DNA of 61,606 bases, counting the filler. It is 4 parts of 4 records of this genome, joined end to end, with 100 filler letters (N's around TTAATTAATTAA, not from the genome) between each part and the next. Parts side by side here need not be neighbours in the genome. Positions count along the whole stretch, not along the records: positions 36,939 to 61,606 come from DRR723986_6954; 3 more parts are not named here. One strand, written 5' to 3'. Shown here in pieces: positions 55,767-61,606 of this stretch. Both the position numbers and the translations under genes were made by a program. The stretch's first letter is position 1; each line of letters starts with the position of its first letter. A model generated the notes under the pieces. That model did not search any database. It had not been told where the DNA came from and worked only from the letters and a program-made list of their open reading frames with translations.

Positions 55767-56756
55767 TCAGTATACCGGAATGCGGGTGTCCCGGGCATTG
55801 AGATTGACGCCGCTGGAATAGCGGCCACTGTCCGGCATGCTGAGGACAACCCTTTGGCGCCGGCGATCGATCTGCAGCCTGAAAGACGAGAGAAGGTCCA
55901 TCCCCAGCACCATCGCGGGCTCCTGCTCAAGTCCAAGGTATTTGAACAGTGGCGGGTCGCTCACCAGGATATCGACACCCGACATCCGGTAATCCCCAAT
56001 GGCGAGCATCCGGACAGAGGCGATCCGCAAGGACTGGTCGCCACCCGTGGCCCCCTGCAGGATCTTCGTCTTCTCTTCATTGGTTCTGGTGTGGGACTGT
56101 TCGGCAAACCGGCGATTGATGAAGGTCACGCTGGATCCGGTATCGACCAGTGCGCGGCCTTTGCGGCCATTGATCCGGACATCCACGAAAATCAGGCCGT
56201 TCTCATCAGTGTATTTCATTGAGCTCGGCACCAGCCTGGCAGACCGGTCGGGGCGTCCATCATAGACCATGACACGCAGATTCTCGAAGTCGAAGTCGAT
56301 GACATCCCCTTCGAAGGCATTGGCCGGCAGCACATTCTGCGTCCCGTTGACATTCAGGTCGACGTTCAGCGCCACCTGTACATCCTTCTTTGCCACGTTG
56401 CCGACCAGAAGCGTTTCCAGTTCGACAACCGGATAGATTTCTTCCCCGGTCAGCCCCAGCACACTGATCATGGGCACATTGTCTTCCAGTTCCGGAAGCT
56501 GGGCCAGGCGCGCCGTGCGGCGGTTGATCATGGGAAAGGTTGCGGCCGTATCGATGATACCGGTCGCCCGGTCATTCCCGTTCACCTCGAGACGGACGAC
56601 CATGTGGTCGTATTCATTCACCTCGAACGGGATTACCAGGCGCTCACTGGCCAGCGCGGGAAAGAAGCCCAACAGCGCCAGAACACTCAAGAAGGCACCT
56701 TTGATGTGCCACCCGGACGCCATTCTGGTCGTCCGGCGTTTCGACTCCCTCGTCAT
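55767..56756 (-). CDS. Exported double-domain retropepsin-like aspartyl protease
   Basis: IIDTAA and LVDTGSS motifs, VLGMDLL; signal-like stretch; start may be 56723. Confidence 0.85.
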   Translation of the reverse strand: MTRESKRRTTRMASGWHIKGAFLSVLALLGFFPALASERLVIPFEVNEYDHMVVRLEVNGNDRATGIIDTAATFPMINRRTARLAQLPELEDNVPMISVLGLTGEEIYPVVELETLLVGNVAKKDVQVALNVDLNVNGTQNVLPANAFEGDVIDFDFENLRVMVYDGRPDRSARLVPSSMKYTDENGLIFVDVRINGRKGRALVDTGSSVTFINRRFAEQSHTRTNEEKTKILQGATGGDQSLRIASVRMLAIGDYRMSGVDILVSDPPLFKYLGLEQEPAMVLGMDLLSSFRLQIDRRRQRVVLSMPDSGRYSSGVNLNARDTRIPVY

Positions 56757-56899
56757 TTGCTCAATATCCCACATCCGATAGGATAAACAAAATCACACTG
56801 TATTGACGTTAGGTACTCTGCCCCGGCGTCACGACTTCCGCTGCCCCTTACGTTCGCGTAAACCTGCGTCATACAAACTGAGGAAACCGGAGACTGATC

Positions 56900-58150
56900 A
56901 TGGCTGACGCCTTCATCATCGACGCCTGCCGCACACCACGCGGTATCGGCAAAGTCGGCAAGGGCTCGCTTGCCCACCTGCACCCGCAGCACCTGGCCGC
57001 GACCGTGCTCGGCCAGATCGCCGAGCGCAACAAGCTCGACACTGCCACCGTGGACGACGTGATCTGGGGCACCTCGAGCCAGCGCGGCGCACAAGGCGCT
57101 GACATGGGCCGCATGGCTGCGCTCGACGCAGGCTATGACGTGAAAGCCTCCGGCGTGACTCTCGACCGTTTCTGCGGCTCCGGCATCACCACGGTGAACC
57201 TCGCTGCGGCGCAGATCATGTCCGGTATGGAAGACTGCATCGTGGCTGGCGGCTGCGAGATGATGAGCTACACGGCGGCCACCGCCGATCCCAAAAACCC
57301 GCCGATGATGGACGCCGGCAACCTGCACCTGCGCGAACTGCATCCGCAGTCCCAGCAGGGTTGCTGCGCCGATGCCATCGCGACGCTGGAGGGCATCACC
57401 CGAGACGCCGTCGATCAGCTGGCCGTGGTTAGCCAGGAGCGCGCCGACCGTGCCCTCAAAGAAGGCCGTTTCGACAAGTCTGTCGTGCCGGTTTACAACC
57501 GCGACGGCACGCTGGCGCTGGACAGGGATGAATTCCCGCGTCCGGGCACCTCGATGGAAAGCCTCGCTGGCCTGAAGACTGTCTTCAACATGTTCTGGGA
57601 CATTCCGGTCGACGACAAGGGCCTGACCTATGGCAACATGATCGAGAAGGTCTACCCGCAGCTGAAAGGCAAGATCCAGCACGTCCATCATGCTGGTAAC
57701 TCCTCCGGTGTTGTCGATGGTTCCGGCGCTGTGCTGATCACGTCCGAAGACTACATGAAAAAGCACGGCCTGAAGCCGCGCGCCCGCATCGTCGCCACGG
57801 CGAACATGGGCGACTGTCCGACGCTGATGCTGAACGCGCCGGTTCCGGCCGCGAAGAAAGTGCTGGCCAAGGCTGGCCTGACCACCGGCGACATCGACGT
57901 CTACGAAATCAACGAAGCCTTCTCGGTCGTCGCCGAGAAGTTCATCCGCGATCTCGATCTCGACCGTGAGAAGGTCAACATCAATGGCGGCGCAATGGCC
58001 CTCGGCCACCCGATCGGCGCAACCGGTTCGATCCTGATCGGCACCGCGCTGGACGAGCTTGAGCGCTCCGGCGGCCGTTATGGCCTGGTCACCATGTGCG
58101 CCGCTGGCGGCATGGCCCCGGCCATCATCATCGAGCGTCTCGACGCCTGA
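56900..58150 (+). CDS. Acetyl-CoA C-acetyltransferase (thiolase)
   Basis: [44 protein letters not shown]. Confidence 0.95.
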   Translation: MADAFIIDACRTPRGIGKVGKGSLAHLHPQHLAATVLGQIAERNKLDTATVDDVIWGTSSQRGAQGADMGRMAALDAGYDVKASGVTLDRFCGSGITTVNLAAAQIMSGMEDCIVAGGCEMMSYTAATADPKNPPMMDAGNLHLRELHPQSQQGCCADAIATLEGITRDAVDQLAVVSQERADRALKEGRFDKSVVPVYNRDGTLALDRDEFPRPGTSMESLAGLKTVFNMFWDIPVDDKGLTYGNMIEKVYPQLKGKIQHVHHAGNSSGVVDGSGAVLITSEDYMKKHGLKPRARIVATANMGDCPTLMLNAPVPAAKKVLAKAGLTTGDIDVYEINEAFSVVAEKFIRDLDLDREKVNINGGAMALGHPIGATGSILIGTALDELERSGGRYGLVTMCAAGGMAPAIIIERLDA

Positions 58151-58177
58151 TCGCCTGCCTGAAACAGGCACACAGAC

Positions 58178-58212
58178 AAACGCCCGGTCCTGAACAAGGA
58201 TCGGGCGTTTTT
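58178..58212 (+). terminator. Intrinsic terminator after the thiolase gene
   Basis: aaacgcccggtcct-gaaca-aggatcgggcgttttt. Confidence 0.85.
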
Positions 58213-58237
58213 CCGTTCTGGTTGCACAAAAGCCACA

Positions 58238-58290
58238 AATGCGAATGCGTATGAGAATTATTTGCAATTATACTTGCGATTCATTCTCAC
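58238..58290. promoter_or_regulatory. Fur-box-like iron-responsive operator region
   Basis: AT-rich ATGAGAATTATTTGCAA and TTGCGATTCATTCTCA form an imperfect inverted pair upstream of the siderophore-type receptor. Confidence 0.7.
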
Positions 58291-58340
58291 TTTTATTAGG
58301 CCGTCCCGGAGACTGAAAAGCGGTCCTCAGGGAGAGTTAT

Positions 58341-60560
58341 ATGAGAAAAGCCATTCGCAAACCGCGGAGCCTCCGCGCGCAGGTCGGTATGTATGCGGCT
58401 GTTGCCGTCGCCGCCACCACCCCCGCTTTCGCCGACGAGTCCGACGAGCCGGAACTGCGGAACGAGACGATCACCGTGACCGATGTCACGGCTGACACCA
58501 ACCCCTATGGCGACCCGGACGCGCCCTATCGCGCCATCCGCTCAGCCAGCGGTCTCTTCACGGAAGACCTGCTGGATACGCCGAAAACCATCACCGTCAT
58601 CACCGACGAAACGCTGCACGACCTCGGCGCCAAATCCTTCCGTGACCTGTTCCGGGCCCAGCCGGGCATCACGCTCGGTACCGGCGAGGGCGGCAATGCG
58701 TTCGGCGACCGGATCTTCATCCGCGGCTTCGATGCCCGCAATGATGTCTATGTCGATGGCGTCCGCGACCCCGGTGTCGGCTCCCGCGAGACCTTCGCCG
58801 TCCAGCAGATCGAAGTGCTGAAAGGTCCATCCTCCGCCTTTGGCGGCCGCGGCACGACCGGCGGCGCTGTCAGCCTGATCTCCAAGAAGCCGGGCCAGGG
58901 CGACTGGGGCGATGTGGAGTTCACGCTCGGCTCCGACGCAACCCGCCGGGCGACCCTCGACGTGAACCATGAAGTCACCGACACGCTCACCGTGCGCCTG
59001 AATGCCATGACGCACGATTCCGAAGTCGCCGGGCGCGACGACGTCTTCAACGACCGCTGGGGCCTCGCCGCCGCCGCCGAGTGGACGCCGACTGACGCGC
59101 TGACCCTGGGCCTCGATTACTACCATCTGTCCACCGATTACCTGCCCGACTGGGGCCATCCCTACGATACGGAGAACAATCGCCCGTTCGCGGTGAACCG
59201 GGACAATTTCTACGGCGTCCTCTCCCGTGACTTCGGTGAGACTTTTGCCGATGTCTACACAGCCAACGCAAACTGGGTGATCTCCGATACTGTGGAATTC
59301 GCTTCCACCCTCCGCTACGGCCAGAGCAAGAACGCTTACACCGCCTCGGCCCCGGAACGCCCGGATGCCGTGGCCCGCACGGTCAGCGCGAATGCCAAGC
59401 GGCGCGATGCGGTCACCGACTACTGGACCAACCAGAGCCGCTTCACCTTCCGCTTCGACACCGGCACGATCGGTCACACGCTGGTCACCGGCATCGAGCT
59501 GTCGCGCGAGGAAACGCTGAACCGCCAGCGCGCCTTCACGGAATGTGCCGAACTGCCCTGCACCGGCGCGACTTCCAATCCGCTTCTGAATCTCGACAAT
59601 CCTGACAACTCCATTCCGTGGGGCAATGACACCGAAGTCACCGGTCGCCCGACCATCAAGACGGAAACCGCCGCGCTCTATGCGCTCGACACGCTGACCT
59701 TCAGCCCGCAATGGGAAGCCTTCATCGGCGTCAGGGCAGATACCTACTCTGCCGATGTGACCGGCCTGACTGATCGGGACGGCTCAGCGGCACCAGATCG
59801 CAGCGCCGACAGCGATTTCATCAACTGGCATGCCGGTCTTGTCTACAAGCCTGCCGAGAATGCCTCGATCTATGCGAGCTATTCCTCCGCTTCGAACCCG
59901 CCCTGCGAACAGCTTGACGCTTTCGCGCTCGACTATGGCGGCTGCGATGCGCTGGTCGCGGCGATGGACCCGGTCGAGAACAATTCCTTCGAGCTTGGCG
60001 CGAAGTACAATCTCGGCGGTCACCTCGACCTGACTGCGGCCGTGTTCCAGATCACCCGCGACGGCGTGCCGATCTCCAATGGCCGGGGCGCCACGACGGC
60101 CGGGTCTCAGGACCAGGAAGTGACCGGCGTGGAGTTCGGCGTAGCCGGTAACATCACCGAGAAGTGGCGCCTGTTCGGCGGTCTCACCCTGTTCGAAACC
60201 GAAGTGACCGACAGCACCATCGCCTCGCAGATCGGCGAGATGTTCCCCAACGTCTCGGAAGAAAGCTTCACGCTGACCTCCCGCTACCAGTTCACCGACC
60301 GCCTGCACCTTGGCGGTACGGCCGGGTACAACAGCGAGAAATATGGCGGCACCGTCGCGGCGGGCTCTACCTTCGTGCCAGACTATTGGCGCTTCGATGT
60401 CTTCGGCGGCTACAAGCTGACCGACAATATGGAAGTGACCTTCAATATCCTGAACGCTACGGACGAGCTCTACTATGACGCGCTCTACCGCTCCGGCACG
60501 CCGTTCTCCTATGTCGCGCCGGGCCGCTCGGCCCTTGTGACACTGGACATCGACTTCTGA
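58341..60560 (+). CDS. TonB-dependent siderophore receptor (Fiu/PiuA-like)
   Basis: LLDTPKTITVI, PGITLGTGEGG, IFIRGF, EVLKGPSS, APGRS...DIDF; followed by piuC. Confidence 0.92.
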   Translation: MRKAIRKPRSLRAQVGMYAAVAVAATTPAFADESDEPELRNETITVTDVTADTNPYGDPDAPYRAIRSASGLFTEDLLDTPKTITVITDETLHDLGAKSFRDLFRAQPGITLGTGEGGNAFGDRIFIRGFDARNDVYVDGVRDPGVGSRETFAVQQIEVLKGPSSAFGGRGTTGGAVSLISKKPGQGDWGDVEFTLGSDATRRATLDVNHEVTDTLTVRLNAMTHDSEVAGRDDVFNDRWGLAAAAEWTPTDALTLGLDYYHLSTDYLPDWGHPYDTENNRPFAVNRDNFYGVLSRDFGETFADVYTANANWVISDTVEFASTLRYGQSKNAYTASAPERPDAVARTVSANAKRRDAVTDYWTNQSRFTFRFDTGTIGHTLVTGIELSREETLNRQRAFTECAELPCTGATSNPLLNLDNPDNSIPWGNDTEVTGRPTIKTETAALYALDTLTFSPQWEAFIGVRADTYSADVTGLTDRDGSAAPDRSADSDFINWHAGLVYKPAENASIYASYSSASNPPCEQLDAFALDYGGCDALVAAMDPVENNSFELGAKYNLGGHLDLTAAVFQITRDGVPISNGRGATTAGSQDQEVTGVEFGVAGNITEKWRLFGGLTLFETEVTDSTIASQIGEMFPNVSEESFTLTSRYQFTDRLHLGGTAGYNSEKYGGTVAAGSTFVPDYWRFDVFGGYKLTDNMEVTFNILNATDELYYDALYRSGTPFSYVAPGRSALVTLDIDF

Positions 60561-60621
60561 TCATCCGAAAGAGGGGCGGTCCTTCCGGGGGCCGCCTTTC
60601 GTCCTTTTGTAGAGACCGCTC

Positions 60622-61308
60622 ATGCTGATCTGTATCCCGCAAGTCCTGACCAAAGCGCAGGTGAAAGATATCCGCCAGCTGATCGATGCGGCCGAGTGGG
60701 TGGACGGCCGCGTCACGGCGGGCGTCCAGTCTGCCACGGCGAAGCGCAACACGCAGCTGCCGGAAGACAGCCCCGCCGCCCGCAAGGCGCAAGCCATGGT
60801 AAGCGTCGCCATTGGCAACAATCCCATCTTCCTGGCGGCGGCGCTGCCGCAGAAAGTGTTTCCGCCCCTGTTCAACCGCTATGTCGTCGGCGACCAGTTC
60901 GGCGCCCATGTCGACAATGCGATCCGTTCAGTCAAGAACTCGCCGGAGCGGATCCGGACCGACTTGTCCTGCACCTTGTTCCTGACCGAACCGGAAGATT
61001 ATGACGGCGGCGAACTGGTGATCGAAACCCTGTTCGGGGCGCAGGAAGTGAAGCTGGAAGCCGGCGACCTCGTCCTCTATCCGGCCTCCAGTCTGCATTC
61101 GGTCAGCGAGATCACGCGCGGCGCGCGGATCTCTTCTTTCTTCTGGCTGCAGAGCATGGTGCGCGACGATGGCGAGCGGACCCTGCTGTTCGATCTCGAC
61201 CAGTCGATCCAGGCTCTGGCGGCGGAGAAGGGCCACAAGGACCCGGAAGTCATCCGCCTGACGGGCATCTATCACAACCTCATCCGCCGATGGGCCGAGG
61301 GCGCTTAG
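60622..61308 (+). CDS. piuC: PKHD-type Fe(II)/2-oxoglutarate hydroxylase PiuC/YbiX
   Basis: [55 protein letters not shown]. Confidence 0.94.
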   Translation: MLICIPQVLTKAQVKDIRQLIDAAEWVDGRVTAGVQSATAKRNTQLPEDSPAARKAQAMVSVAIGNNPIFLAAALPQKVFPPLFNRYVVGDQFGAHVDNAIRSVKNSPERIRTDLSCTLFLTEPEDYDGGELVIETLFGAQEVKLEAGDLVLYPASSLHSVSEITRGARISSFFWLQSMVRDDGERTLLFDLDQSIQALAAEKGHKDPEVIRLTGIYHNLIRRWAEGA

Positions 61309-61383
61309 GCGCCACCCAGCACGAGCGGCCGGAGTGGCTGAGGCCATCCGGTGCGAGGAACTGAATTCGGAAGAGGACTCGGG

Positions 61384-61605
61384 TTAAGGCGGACCCCGCA
61401 CGTGCAACCCATGATCATGCCGGACTATGGCATGAGCAGACATGACCATACCGGACTTATCCGGGTCATGGTGGACTTCGCCGGACATAGCGCGCACACA
61501 GACCGGTACATCGCTGCCAAGGGCAGGACGCTCCCAGGCCGCAAGGCGCGGCGCTTCATATGTATAGAGATCATCGGGCGGCGGGGCATCGGCCACATAG
61601 GTGAG
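61384..61605 (-). CDS. Hypothetical protein, 5'-truncated by window edge, ending in His-rich ...RGPP
   Basis: Frame open from the window end to TAA at 61384; C-terminus HAIVRHDHGLHVRGPP. Confidence 0.5.
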   Translation of the reverse strand, partial: LTYVADAPPPDDLYTYEAPRLAAWERPALGSDVPVCVRAMSGEVHHDPDKSGMVMSAHAIVRHDHGLHVRGPP

Positions 61606-61606
61606 C

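Noticed and set aside
56753..59711. 504-aa and 389-aa antisense ORFs over the thiolase and TonB receptor genes
   Set aside because: Antisense shadows of strongly codon-biased genes, with no motifs of their own.

Overview
This window is not one locus. It contains four sequence blocks joined by three artificial 100-nt linkers (N44-TTAATTAATTAA-N44), and gene content points to at least three organisms. (A) 1-5785 is a high-GC, Rhodobacteraceae-like aerobic cobalamin operon fragment (cobW-cobN-cobG-cobH) with three tandem palindromes between cobW and cobN. (B) 5886-14428 and (C) 14529-36838 are moderate-GC, FCB-group DNA (T9SS-type C-termini; Ca. Kapabacteria-like is an inference). They carry a BNR/VPS10-like secreted protein, a Vms1-like (bVLRF1) release-factor homologue, ytxJ/brxC, obgE, a double-OmpA protein, an ECF sigma/anti-sigma/PrsW cassette abutting an RsbV/RsbW-like pair, a TPR-DUF3857-transglutaminase protein, an IgGFc-binding-domain protein, an RluA-family enzyme and PhoD. 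(D) 36939-61606 is Hyphomonadaceae/Caulobacterales-like. It has an ArsR-persulfide dioxygenase pair, a TonB receptor plus phytase behind a Pho-box-like array, and a ~9 kb general-stress-response cluster (phyR-nepR-ecfG-kinase, dps, DUF883, entericidin, DUF1328). That cluster holds seven perfect GGAAC-N16-CGTT promoters, which reveal two probably unannotated small genes. Block D also has tRNA-Gly and tRNA-Tyr, rlmB, a divergent PEP carboxylase, a thiolase and a Fur-box-preceded TonB receptor plus piuC. The best novelty candidates are the ECF/PrsW/partner-switch hybrid locus, the bVLRF1 protein, the clustered EcfG regulon with its small ORFs, and two short palindromic repeat elements. All calls rest on motif recognition by eye; no searches were run.
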